Source of the DNA: Pyrinomonadaceae bacterium | GTDB lineage: Bacteria; Acidobacteriota; Blastocatellia; Pyrinomonadales; Pyrinomonadaceae | Assembly (NCBI GenBank): GCA_035761985.1 | Contig: DASTQB010000206.1 | Coordinates: 14,343 to 78,342, forward strand | Direction of reading: 5' to 3' | Length of the DNA stretch: 64,000 bases | Shown here: positions 18,972 to 27,893 of the stretch, piece after piece | Numbering within the stretch: the stretch's first letter is position 1 | How the letters are laid out: each line of letters opens with the position of its first letter | Notes under the pieces: generated by a model | Databases searched by the model: none | What the model was told of the DNA's origin: nothing | Seen by the model: the letters and a program-made list of their open reading frames with translations, nothing else | Translations under genes and position numbers: made by a program

Positions 18972-20123
18972 ATGAATACCGCAGTAGCCCAGATCCCACG
19001 CACTCTCATCGCGGATGATCAGCCCGATGTCCGGGCAGCGTTGCGTTTGCTCCTGAAAGGCGCGGGCTATCAAACGGAAGCGGCGGACTCGCCGGCTGCC
19101 GTGCTCGCTGCCATCGAGCAGCAGCAGTTTGATCTCGTGCTGATGGACCTGAACTACGCGCGCGATACGACGTCGGGAAAAGAAGGTCTCGATCTCATCT
19201 CGCGAATTCAGGACCTCGACGATGATTTACCGATCGTGGTGATGACAGCGTGGGCCACAGTCGACCTTGCAGTGGAAACGATGCGGTTGGGCGTGAGGGA
19301 CTTTGTTCAAAAGCCCTGGGAAAACTCTCGCCTGCTACGAAAGTTGCGAACTCAGATCGAGCAGGGACGTGAACGACGACGCGAGCAGACACGTGATCTG
19401 CAACTCCGTCTCGAACTCGCCGAAGCACGAGAGATACAGCGCGGATTGATGCCCCGGCGAATGCCGGAGCTTCCGGGCTTCAGTGTCGCGAACGCATGGC
19501 AGCCTGCGCATGACGTGAGTGGCGATTACCTTGCGGCGATCAAGCTTGATGAGTCGCGTGCTGCGTTGTGCATGGCTGACGTTGCGGGGAAGGGGTTTCC
19601 GGCAGCACTGCTCATGTCGAACATGCAGGCGGCTTTGAAGTCTCTCGTTTCAGAAAACATTCCTCCGGGTGAGCTTTGCGCGAGGCTCAATCGAATCATG
19701 TGTGGCAACACGCCGTTGCGGAAGTTTATTAGTTGCTTCTACGGCGAGCTTGATCTTCCGAAGCGGACGCTGACGTTTACGAATGCCGGTCACAATGCGC
19801 CGATGCTCGTGCGTCGCAACGGCGAGTGCATTCGACTCGATGATGGTGGTTGTGTGATCGGTGCATTCGCAGGTTCCAACTACACGCAACGAGAAATCAG
19901 GCTTAATGAAGGCGACAAGCTGCTGCTGTTCACGGACGGCGTAACCGAAGCACGCAACCCTTCCGGGGAAGAATTCGGCGAAGAGCGGTTGGAGCAGTGC
20001 CTCCGCGCCTATCGCGGCCGCAACGCCGCCGAGCTGCGAACACTGGTTCTGGACGAGGTTACAGAGTTTTGCAGCGACAAGTTCGAAGACGACGCCACGC
20101 TGATGGTCGTGATCGCTGATTAG
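18972..20123 (+). CDS. Response-regulator receiver fused to a PP2C/SpoIIE-type Ser/Thr phosphatase (RsbU-like)
   Basis: REC: TLIADDQPDV...FDLVLMDLNY...PIVVMTAWA...DFVQKPW. PP2C: VSGDYLAAIKL...CMADVAGKGFPAALLMS...FTNAGHNAPML...LLLFTDGVTEA...DDATLMVV. ATG 18972 is preferred (GGAG 9 nt upstream); the track start TTG 18939 is possible. Confidence 0.88.
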   Translation: MNTAVAQIPRTLIADDQPDVRAALRLLLKGAGYQTEAADSPAAVLAAIEQQQFDLVLMDLNYARDTTSGKEGLDLISRIQDLDDDLPIVVMTAWATVDLAVETMRLGVRDFVQKPWENSRLLRKLRTQIEQGRERRREQTRDLQLRLELAEAREIQRGLMPRRMPELPGFSVANAWQPAHDVSGDYLAAIKLDESRAALCMADVAGKGFPAALLMSNMQAALKSLVSENIPPGELCARLNRIMCGNTPLRKFISCFYGELDLPKRTLTFTNAGHNAPMLVRRNGECIRLDDGGCVIGAFAGSNYTQREIRLNEGDKLLLFTDGVTEARNPSGEEFGEERLEQCLRAYRGRNAAELRTLVLDEVTEFCSDKFEDDATLMVVIAD

Positions 20124-20320
20124 CCTGCGAAGCAGGCGTAAGCGTAAAGCCTGGGGCGTGAGCCCCAGGATCGAGAATAAAAATTTGACGTGTCAGCCCA
20201 TGAAATGGGCGGCAGCTTTTACAGCGCACTGTCGCCCGCATACGCGGGCTTGAGAATTGTGATGCTCTTGAACCTGGGGCTCACGCCCCAGGCTTTACGC
20301 TTACGCCTGCTTCGCAGGCT
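20122..20320. mobile_element. MITE-like non-autonomous element: perfect 48-bp terminal inverted repeats flanking a 103-bp core
   Basis: Left arm 20122-20169 agcctgcgaagcaggcgtaagcgtaaagcctggggcgtgagccccagg. Right arm 20273-20320 is its exact reverse complement. Each arm and the core contain nested hairpins (cctggggc/gccccagg, gcccat-gaa-atgggc, gcccgc-atac-gcgggc). No transposase ORF. Confidence 0.7.
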
Positions 20321-20336
20321 AGACAAGGGAGTCAAT

Positions 20337-22757
20337 ATGGATAGTCTTAGAAGCGACGTCCAGTACGCACTCAGGAGCCTCACGAAGCGTCCCGGTTTCA
20401 CTCTCATCGCCGTCATCACTCTCGCTCTCGGCATCGGCGCCAACACCGCGATCTTCAGCGTCATCCATGCACTCCTACTGAAACCACTGCATTTCCCTGA
20501 ACTCGATCGCGTCGTTGCGATCTGGGATGAAATGCCCACCCGCGACATCAAGCACAATGAAGTGACCGTCGCAAACTATCTCGACTGGCAGTCGCAGAGC
20601 CAGTCGTACGAACACCTCGCGCTCCGTCGCTGGTGGAGTGCAAATCTCACCGGCAACGATTCGCCCGAACGCATCCAGGGATTTCTCGTCACTGCAAACT
20701 TCTTCGACGCCGTCGGCATCAAGCCGGTCATGGGCCGCAACTTCACTGCGGAAGAAAACCAACCCGGCAAAGACGCAGTCGCGATCCTCACTCACACTCT
20801 CTGGCAAAGACGTTTCGGCGGCGATCCAAACATCATCGGCAAAACGATCACCGTAAACAGCATCGCGCGCACAGTGATCGGCGTGATGCCCGAGCGTTTC
20901 AACTATCCGAATGGCTCGGAACTCTATGCGCCACTCCCGATGACGCCCGAGTTGATGCGAAGCCGCGGCAATCATAGTTACTACGTCATCGGCCGCATGA
21001 AGCCCGGCGTTTCGGTCGAGAGTGCGCAGGCGGAAATCGACAGCATTACCGCACGACTTCAGCAGCAGTATCCGGAAACCAACGCGGGCTGGGGCGCGCG
21101 AGTTTATCCAATCGTCGCAGACACCATTCAAAACTATGACACGGCCTTGTGGGTGATTATGGCCGCAGTCGGGTTCGTGCTTTTGATCGCGTGTGCAAAC
21201 GTGGCGAACCTGATGCTTGCGCGAGCGAGTGGACGGCAGAAAGAGATCGCTTTGCGAGCTGCGCTCGGTGCGAGTCGTTGGCGGATCGTGCGGCAGTTGC
21301 TGACCGAAAGCGTGATCGTCGGTTTGGCCGGCGGAGTGATCGGAATTCTTATCGGCTTCTGGGGCGTCGACGCGTTGCGCGCAACAAATCCGGGTGAGGC
21401 GGCGAAGTTTGTCGAGGGCTGGAATCAACTCGGAATCAACGTGCCTGTGCTCGCCTTCACGTTTGCGCTCTCGATCTTCAGTGGCATCGTGTTTGGACTG
21501 TTGCCCGCGCTGCAAGTCTCGAGACCGAATCTCAACGACTCTTTAAAAGAAGGATCGCGCCAGACCGCAGGCAGTTCGCACCGGATGCGCAGTTCGCTCG
21601 TAGTTTTCGAAGTAGCGGTGTCGCTCGTGCTTCTTGTAGGCGCGGGATTGCTGGCTCGCAGTTTCCTCTCATTGTTGAGAACGGATCCGGGTTTTGATCC
21701 CGAGAACGTGCTCACGATGAACCTCGTTTTGCCGGGAGCGAAGTACAGGGACGAACCAGCGCGCGCCGCGTTCTACCAGGACCTGGTCCAACGCGTGAAG
21801 ACAACGCCGGGCGTGCAGTCAGCGGGGTTCGTCAACTACATCCCGCTCAGCGGCAGCAACTCTTCCAACTCGTATCTGGTTGAAGGTGAGCCCGAGCCGG
21901 CACCGGGCAACGAGTACGACGGGCGTTATCGCGTCAGCACTCCCGACTATTTCCAGACGATGGGCATTTCGATCCTGCGTGGTCGAGGTTTCACTGAGCA
22001 GGACAAAGCAGGTGCGCCGCGCGTCGTCATCGTAAACGAAACACTCGCGCGCAAGCACTGGCCGGGCCAGGAGGCGATCGGGAAACGCATTCGCTTCGAT
22101 GGACCACTCGATCAGAACCCGTGGATGGAGATCGTCGGTGTAGTGAACGACGTGAAGCACGAACTCGATCTCGCAGTCACACCCGAATACTACCTGCCGC
22201 ATGCACAGGATCCATGGAGCGCGATGGTGCTGGTGGCAAGGACGACAGTCGATCCGGCTTCGCTTGCGGGTTCGCTCCGGCAGCACGTGTGGGCCATTGA
22301 CAAGGACCAGCCAGTATACGACGTGAAGACGATGCACGAAGTGCGATCGATTTCGGTAGTGCTGTATTCGTTCTCATCGGTGATGCTTGGAATCTTCGCG
22401 AGCATCGCCCTCTTGCTGGCGTCGATTGGAATTTACGGCGTGATGGCGTTTGCCGTGACGCAGCGTACGCAGGAGATCGGGATACGCATGGCGCTTGGTG
22501 CGCGGGCGCTCGACGTTTTGAAGCTGGTGGTCACGCACGGGATGAAGCTTGCGCTGATCGGGATCGCGATCGGGTTGGCGGGTTCGTGGGCGTTGACTCG
22601 TTTTATCAAAGGACTGCTGGTGGGCGTGGAGGCGACTGACGCGTTGACCTTCAGCGTGGTGTCGCTGTGTTTGCTGGTGGCTGCGTTTATCGCGTGCTAT
22701 CTGCCGGCGCGACGGGCGACGAAAGTCGATCCGCTCGTGGCATTGAGATACGAATAG
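20337..22757 (+). CDS. ADOP-type duplicated MacB/FtsX-like ABC permease, paralog 1
   Basis: 806 aa from ATG 20337 (AAGGGA upstream). N-term [41 protein letters not shown]. FtsX block 1 [44 protein letters not shown]. Block 2 [26 protein letters not shown]-term [16 protein letters not shown]. The track start 20190 reads through the MITE and is rejected. Confidence 0.9.
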   Translation: MDSLRSDVQYALRSLTKRPGFTLIAVITLALGIGANTAIFSVIHALLLKPLHFPELDRVVAIWDEMPTRDIKHNEVTVANYLDWQSQSQSYEHLALRRWWSANLTGNDSPERIQGFLVTANFFDAVGIKPVMGRNFTAEENQPGKDAVAILTHTLWQRRFGGDPNIIGKTITVNSIARTVIGVMPERFNYPNGSELYAPLPMTPELMRSRGNHSYYVIGRMKPGVSVESAQAEIDSITARLQQQYPETNAGWGARVYPIVADTIQNYDTALWVIMAAVGFVLLIACANVANLMLARASGRQKEIALRAALGASRWRIVRQLLTESVIVGLAGGVIGILIGFWGVDALRATNPGEAAKFVEGWNQLGINVPVLAFTFALSIFSGIVFGLLPALQVSRPNLNDSLKEGSRQTAGSSHRMRSSLVVFEVAVSLVLLVGAGLLARSFLSLLRTDPGFDPENVLTMNLVLPGAKYRDEPARAAFYQDLVQRVKTTPGVQSAGFVNYIPLSGSNSSNSYLVEGEPEPAPGNEYDGRYRVSTPDYFQTMGISILRGRGFTEQDKAGAPRVVIVNETLARKHWPGQEAIGKRIRFDGPLDQNPWMEIVGVVNDVKHELDLAVTPEYYLPHAQDPWSAMVLVARTTVDPASLAGSLRQHVWAIDKDQPVYDVKTMHEVRSISVVLYSFSSVMLGIFASIALLLASIGIYGVMAFAVTQRTQEIGIRMALGARALDVLKLVVTHGMKLALIGIAIGLAGSWALTRFIKGLLVGVEATDALTFSVVSLCLLVAAFIACYLPARRATKVDPLVALRYE

Positions 22758-22792
22758 GGCCTATAGGTCATAAAGGTCCTATAGGACCTATT
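22753..22792. repeat. Family A 9-bp-periodic repeat (4 units) with perfect palindrome AGGTCCTATAGGACCT
   Basis: aatagggcc tataggtca taaaggtcc tataggacc tatt. The first unit includes the TAG stop at 22755-22757. Confidence 0.8.
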
Positions 22793-22800
22793 AAGGATTC

Positions 22801-25215
22801 ATGGATTCGCTGATCAAAGACATCCGTTATGGCGCTCGCATGCTGATCAAGAAGCCCGGCTTCGCGATCATTGCTGTGCTGACGCTTGCTCTCGGGATCG
22901 CTGCAACCACGGCCACGTTCACCGTCGTCGACGCCGTGTTGTTGCGGAAGCTGCCGGTCGCCGATCCCGATCGCGTGGTCGTCATTCACAATCAGCTTCC
23001 GAAGCTCAATCTTCCACGCAGTCCAGTTTCCGGTCCGCATTACCTCGATTACAGCCGCCAGACCGACGCGTTCCAGTCAACCGCCGCTTTTGCAACTCGC
23101 AACTTCAATCTTACCGGCGTCACTTCGCCTGAGCGTTTGCAGGCGGGCCGCGTGACGGCGAGCTTCTTCCCGATGCTCGGCATTGGTCCAACTGCCGGCC
23201 GCTTCTTCACTCCCGAAGAAGATCAATTCGGGAACGAACGTGTCGCGGTGCTGAGTACGCGCTTGTGGAAACGGCTCTACAGTTCCGACACGTCCGCCTT
23301 CAACAAGACGCTCCAGCTCAACGGCGATCATTATCAAATCGTAGGCGTCGCGCCTGAGTCGATCGAAGAGATCTATCCGAACGTTGAACTGTGGATTCCG
23401 ATGGCTTTCTCGCCGCGCGAGCTTTCGCCGGAACGCCGCAACAGCCTCGCCTACATTATGATCGCGCGTCTGCAGAATGGCACGACCATTGAGCGTGCGC
23501 AGGCGATCATGAGCGGCGTCGCGAAGAACAGTTCCGGCTCGGATCCCGACATCTTCAACATCGAAGTCCGTTCGCTTGCAGATTCGTACGTGAGCGAAGT
23601 GCGGCAGCCGCTGTTCGTACTGCTGTGCGCCGTCATTGCCGTCCTGTTGATCTCGTGCGCGAACGTAGCAAACCTCCTGCTCGCGCGTGCGACTGTGCGC
23701 GGTCACGAGATCGCCGTTCGTTCAGCTCTGGGCGCCGGCCGGAGCCGTATCGTTCGTCAACTTCTGACTGAAAGTCTTCTGATCGCACTGCTCGGCGGCG
23801 CGATTGGAATGCTGCTCGCCGTGTGGGGCACAAAGGCTCTGCTTGCGCTTGCGCCCAGCACCCTCCCGCGTCTCAGCGCGGTTCAAGTCGATCTCAGAAT
23901 TCTTTTACTGAGCTTTGGTGCGTCATTGGTTTGCGGCGTGATCTTCGGCTTGGTCCCCGCGTTAACTGCTTCAAAGACCAATCTCGTCAGTTCGCTCAAA
24001 GAATCCGAACGAACCGATTCAGGTGGTGGCACGCGCCACTGGCTGCGGAGAACATTCGTCGTTGCGGAAGTCGCGATCGCACTCGTGCTCCTGTTTTCAG
24101 CGGGCCTGCTCGTCAGGAGTTTCGGAAAGCTGCTCGACGTGAAGCCCGGGTTTGATCCGACAAACGTGCTCACGGTGCGGCTGTCTCTGCCCGGGGCTCA
24201 GTACGACAAAGCTACCAAAGTCGCTACGTTCTACGACGACGTGCTGGCGCGCGTCTCTGCTTTGCCCGGCGTGGTCCATGCAGGCGCGGCGTTTCAAACT
24301 CCGTTTACGCCCGGCGCCGACAATTCGACGTTTTCAATTCGTGGACGGCAGGCGAACGCAGGCGATCCGCCGCCACATGCAGACTACGCGTTTGTATCTG
24401 CAAATTACTTCAAGACGATCGGGCTGCCGATTCTCAAGGGCCGCGACTTCGAACCCTCCGACATGCGCGCGGGCAATTTCTTCGCGCCCAACTCGGTCGC
24501 CATTGTCGACGAGGAACTCGCAAACCGGTACTGGCCAAACGGCGATGCAATCGGCGGCGGGATAAGCTGGAGCAGTGAAGGCCCATGGGCCACGATCGTC
24601 GGCATCAGCAAGACGGCACAGTTCAAAGACCTCACCGAGCAATCGAAGGGCACGTTCTATCTTCCTGCGTACATCTCGAGTTCGACACTGGTAGTCCGCA
24701 CTTCCGGAGATCCGCGACAGCTCGCGGGTGCGATACGCGAGCAGGTGCTCGCAGTCGATCCGAACCAACCTGTTTACGACGTCAAGACAATCGAAGAGCG
24801 AATCGCAGTAACGCTCGAGACGCGGCGGTTTGCAGTCGTGCTGCTGGGAATATTCGGAACGCTTGGTTTGGTGCTCGCGGCGATCGGTTTGTACGGCGTT
24901 CTTGCGTTCGCGGTGTCGCAACGCACACGTGAGATTGGCATTCACATGGCCCTCGGAGCGCGGGCACGCGACGTGTTGTTCATGGTGATCAAGCAGGGAA
25001 TGTCGCTGGTGCTTGTTGGCGTGGCGATCGGCGTCGCGGGCGCGTACGCGGTTACGCGCGCGATTCGGAGTTTGTTGTTTGAAGTTGGCGCGACGGATCC
25101 GCTGACGTTTGTGGCGGTGTTGCTGCTGCTTTTGTTTGTTGGGTTTGTGGCTTGTTACGTGCCCGCGAGGCGGGCGACGAAAGTCGATCCGCTCGAGGCA
25201 TTGAGATACGAATAG
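22801..25215 (+). CDS. ADOP-type duplicated permease, paralog 2
   Basis: 804 aa. [41 protein letters not shown]; [44 protein letters not shown]; [25 protein letters not shown]; C-term [16 protein letters not shown]. Confidence 0.9.
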   Translation: MDSLIKDIRYGARMLIKKPGFAIIAVLTLALGIAATTATFTVVDAVLLRKLPVADPDRVVVIHNQLPKLNLPRSPVSGPHYLDYSRQTDAFQSTAAFATRNFNLTGVTSPERLQAGRVTASFFPMLGIGPTAGRFFTPEEDQFGNERVAVLSTRLWKRLYSSDTSAFNKTLQLNGDHYQIVGVAPESIEEIYPNVELWIPMAFSPRELSPERRNSLAYIMIARLQNGTTIERAQAIMSGVAKNSSGSDPDIFNIEVRSLADSYVSEVRQPLFVLLCAVIAVLLISCANVANLLLARATVRGHEIAVRSALGAGRSRIVRQLLTESLLIALLGGAIGMLLAVWGTKALLALAPSTLPRLSAVQVDLRILLLSFGASLVCGVIFGLVPALTASKTNLVSSLKESERTDSGGGTRHWLRRTFVVAEVAIALVLLFSAGLLVRSFGKLLDVKPGFDPTNVLTVRLSLPGAQYDKATKVATFYDDVLARVSALPGVVHAGAAFQTPFTPGADNSTFSIRGRQANAGDPPPHADYAFVSANYFKTIGLPILKGRDFEPSDMRAGNFFAPNSVAIVDEELANRYWPNGDAIGGGISWSSEGPWATIVGISKTAQFKDLTEQSKGTFYLPAYISSSTLVVRTSGDPRQLAGAIREQVLAVDPNQPVYDVKTIEERIAVTLETRRFAVVLLGIFGTLGLVLAAIGLYGVLAFAVSQRTREIGIHMALGARARDVLFMVIKQGMSLVLVGVAIGVAGAYAVTRAIRSLLFEVGATDPLTFVAVLLLLLFVGFVACYVPARRATKVDPLEALRYE

Positions 25216-25263
25216 GTCGATTAATAGGTCGAATAGGACCTATAGGACCTATAGGACCTATAT
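25211..25263. repeat. Family A 9-bp-periodic repeat array
   Basis: aataggtcg attaataggtcg aataggacc tataggacc tataggacc tatat. Starts on the TAG stop at 25213-25215. Confidence 0.8.
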
Positions 25264-25275
25264 CAGAAGGGGATT

Positions 25276-27792
25276 ATGGATACGCTGTTCAAAGATCTAC
25301 GCTACGGTTTACGCGGTCTGTGGAAACGCAAGGGGTTTGCCGCGATCGCGGTGCTTACGCTCGCGCTCGGCATTGGCGCCAACACCGCCATTTTCACGCT
25401 TGTCAACGCAGTGATGCTGAAGACGCTGCCGGTCGAGAAGCCGGAAGAGCTCGTGCTCTTCAGCGACACGACGAGTGAAGGAACGTCTCTTCTCGATGGT
25501 CCAAGATCAGGCCAGTGGGTGCGTTTCTCCTACGCCTCTTACGAATACTTCCGGAATCACAATCAGTCGTTTCAGGACATCGCCGCGACTCGCAGCGGCA
25601 CCGCTCGTCTCAGCGTGCGACGAACTGATGCCGAGGCGAAGGCCGCCGCGCGTGCAACGGGACATCTCGTTACCGGAAATTATTTCTCAGTGATGGGAGT
25701 GCGTGCGCAGCGCGGTCGCGTGCTCACGCCCGAAGACGATCGCGAAAACGCTCAGCCCGCGGCTGTGATCAGTCATCGCTACTGGGCCAACGAACTCAAC
25801 AGCGATCCAACAGCAATCGGCAAGACGTTCATCATCAACGGCACAAACTTCACTGTCGTCGGCATCACGCCGCCCGAGTTCTTCGGCGAGCGCGTTCGTC
25901 GCCCGCCCGATTTCTGGATGCCGCTCTCGTTCCAGCCGCAGATCGAGTTGCGCGAGTCGTTTCTCAAAGAGCAACACGCGTACTGGCTCATGCTCATGGG
26001 CCGGCTCAAACCCGGCGTGACCCTGGACCAGGCACAGGCCAGCACAAACCTCGCCCTGCGGCAGTTCCTGACCGAACAGGCAGGCAGCCAGCTCACCGAA
26101 GAACGCCAGAGAGGTATTCAAAACAGTTACGCGACGCTTGTCGAAGGCAAAGGCGGTATCTCCGGACTTCGCACTTTCTACTCGAAACCACTGCACATGC
26201 TGATGGCCATCGTCGGCATGGTGTTGTTGATTGCTTGCGCAAACGTCGGAAGCCTGTTGCTTTCGCGGGCCGCTGCGCGCAAGGCTGAAATCTCTTTGCG
26301 CATGGCGCTCGGCGCGACACGCTGGCGGATCGTTCGCCAACTCCTGACCGAGAGCATGTTGCTCGCAGTGATCGGCGGCGCGCTCGGCGTGTTGTTGGCC
26401 CAGTGGGGAGTGTACGTGCTCGTCGGTCTGGTCGCACAAGGCTCTCCGCTCGATACGCGACCGGACATTGGCGTGCTGGCGTTCACCGCAGGCGTATCGA
26501 TCCTTGCCGGCCTGTTGTTTGGTCTCATTCCCGCCCTGCAAGCGAGCCGCGCGAATCTTTCGTCCACGATGAAAGAGAAGAGCCGGACGGGAAGCCGCTT
26601 CCTGCGGCTGAGCCCCTCGTCGATGATGGTCGTATTGCAGGTCGGACTCTCGATGGTCCTGCTCACAGGCGCCGGTCTCTTCGGCCGCAGTCTCATGAAC
26701 CTGCAGAACGAAGATCTCGGTTTCGATCGAAACAACATGCTGCTGGTCGGTATCGATCCGCGTCTCGCCGGATACAAGCCCACTGACCTTTCGGCTCTCT
26801 ATCAACAGGTGATCGAACGTCTGTCAACGGTCCCGCACGTCAAAAACGTGTCGATGGCAACGTACGCGCCGATGAGCGGCACGCGACGAAGCAGCAGTAT
26901 TCAGATCCCGGGTTTCACTCCCGAGCCTGGCCAGGAGCTTGCAGTCGAAGACATCTTAACTGGACCAAAATACGCTGAGACGCTCGGCATGCCCGTGTTG
27001 CGCGGTCGCGAGATCGACATGCGCGACACCGTTTCGGCACCGCGCGTTGCAGTGGTCAACGCGACTTTCGCCGAGCGCTACTTCAAGGACCAGAATCCGA
27101 TCGGGCGCACGTTTACGTTCGACGACGAGACTGACGATGGTGCTCCACTCGAGATCGTCGGCGTTGTCGCCGACATCAAGTCGGACGATGCGCGTGGAAA
27201 ACCGGAGGCGGTGGTCTATCGCCCGATACTTCAAATTCAGGACCAGGCGGCGTACTCAGTAACTCTTCACCTGCGCACGCTCAGCGATCCTACGTCGCTC
27301 GGTTCCCAGGTGCGGCAGATGCTCAACCAGATCGACGACAAGATGCCGGTGTACGGCGTCACGTCGATGGACGAACAACTGCGCCAGAACCTGAACGAGG
27401 AGCGGTTGGTCGCGCAACTCGTCAGTTTCTTCGGCGCGCTCGCGTTGATACTCGCGTGCATCGGTTTGTACGGCGTGATGGCCCATGGCGTTGCACGTCG
27501 CACGAATGAGATTGGCATACGCATGGCGCTCGGCGCGCGTGGTGGAAACATCGCGTGGATGATTTTGCGGGAGACGTTGTTGCTCGTGCTTGCGGGTTTG
27601 GTGATTGGAGTGCCGGCGGCGCTTCTCGGAGCGCGACTGGTGTCGACACAGCTTTTTGGAATGAGTCCGACGGATCCGTTGACGTTGATTGGCGCGGCAG
27701 TGGTTTTGGCTGTGGTTGCGTTGCTGGCGGGCTACGTGCCCGCGCGCCGCGCGACGAAGATCAATCCGCTCGTCGCGCTCAGGTATGAATAG
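25276..27792 (+). CDS. ADOP-type duplicated permease, paralog 3 (long first periplasmic domain subtype)
   Basis: 838 aa. [41 protein letters not shown]; [44 protein letters not shown]; [25 protein letters not shown]; C-term [16 protein letters not shown]. Confidence 0.9.
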   Translation: MDTLFKDLRYGLRGLWKRKGFAAIAVLTLALGIGANTAIFTLVNAVMLKTLPVEKPEELVLFSDTTSEGTSLLDGPRSGQWVRFSYASYEYFRNHNQSFQDIAATRSGTARLSVRRTDAEAKAAARATGHLVTGNYFSVMGVRAQRGRVLTPEDDRENAQPAAVISHRYWANELNSDPTAIGKTFIINGTNFTVVGITPPEFFGERVRRPPDFWMPLSFQPQIELRESFLKEQHAYWLMLMGRLKPGVTLDQAQASTNLALRQFLTEQAGSQLTEERQRGIQNSYATLVEGKGGISGLRTFYSKPLHMLMAIVGMVLLIACANVGSLLLSRAAARKAEISLRMALGATRWRIVRQLLTESMLLAVIGGALGVLLAQWGVYVLVGLVAQGSPLDTRPDIGVLAFTAGVSILAGLLFGLIPALQASRANLSSTMKEKSRTGSRFLRLSPSSMMVVLQVGLSMVLLTGAGLFGRSLMNLQNEDLGFDRNNMLLVGIDPRLAGYKPTDLSALYQQVIERLSTVPHVKNVSMATYAPMSGTRRSSSIQIPGFTPEPGQELAVEDILTGPKYAETLGMPVLRGREIDMRDTVSAPRVAVVNATFAERYFKDQNPIGRTFTFDDETDDGAPLEIVGVVADIKSDDARGKPEAVVYRPILQIQDQAAYSVTLHLRTLSDPTSLGSQVRQMLNQIDDKMPVYGVTSMDEQLRQNLNEERLVAQLVSFFGALALILACIGLYGVMAHGVARRTNEIGIRMALGARGGNIAWMILRETLLLVLAGLVIGVPAALLGARLVSTQLFGMSPTDPLTLIGAAVVLAVVALLAGYVPARRATKINPLVALRYE

Positions 27793-27887
27793 GTCCTATA
27801 GGACGAATAGGACCAATAACACGAATAGGGCTATAGGACGGATAGCTATAGGTCCTATCGGTCCTATAGGTCTTATCGGTCCTATAA
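27788..27887. repeat. Family A 9-bp-periodic repeat array (about 11 units, two inverted halves)
   Basis: aataggtcc tataggacg aataggacc aataacacg aatagggc tataggacg gatagc tataggtcc tatcggtcc tataggtct tatcggtcc tataagga. Starts on the TAG stop at 27790-27792; four further in-frame stops follow. Confidence 0.8.
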
Positions 27888-27893
27888 GGAGCT

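Noticed and set aside
20185-20190. TTGACG hexamer inside the MITE-like element as an outward promoter for the array
   Set aside because: There is no acceptable -10 hexamer at 16-18 bp spacing (the sequence there is ggcggc). It cannot be supported from sequence alone.
20190-20336. N-terminal extension of paralog 1 as given in the ORF track (start 20190, [44 protein letters not shown]..)
   Set aside because: The extra 49 codons are read straight through the MITE-like element and its right inverted repeat. The conserved family N-terminus ([15 protein letters not shown]..) starts at ATG 20337, which has an AAGGGA site upstream.
27788-27887. Family A arrays as CRISPR arrays
   Set aside because: The units are 9 bp and directly abutting, with no 25-40-bp repeat/spacer alternation and no cas genes in the window.
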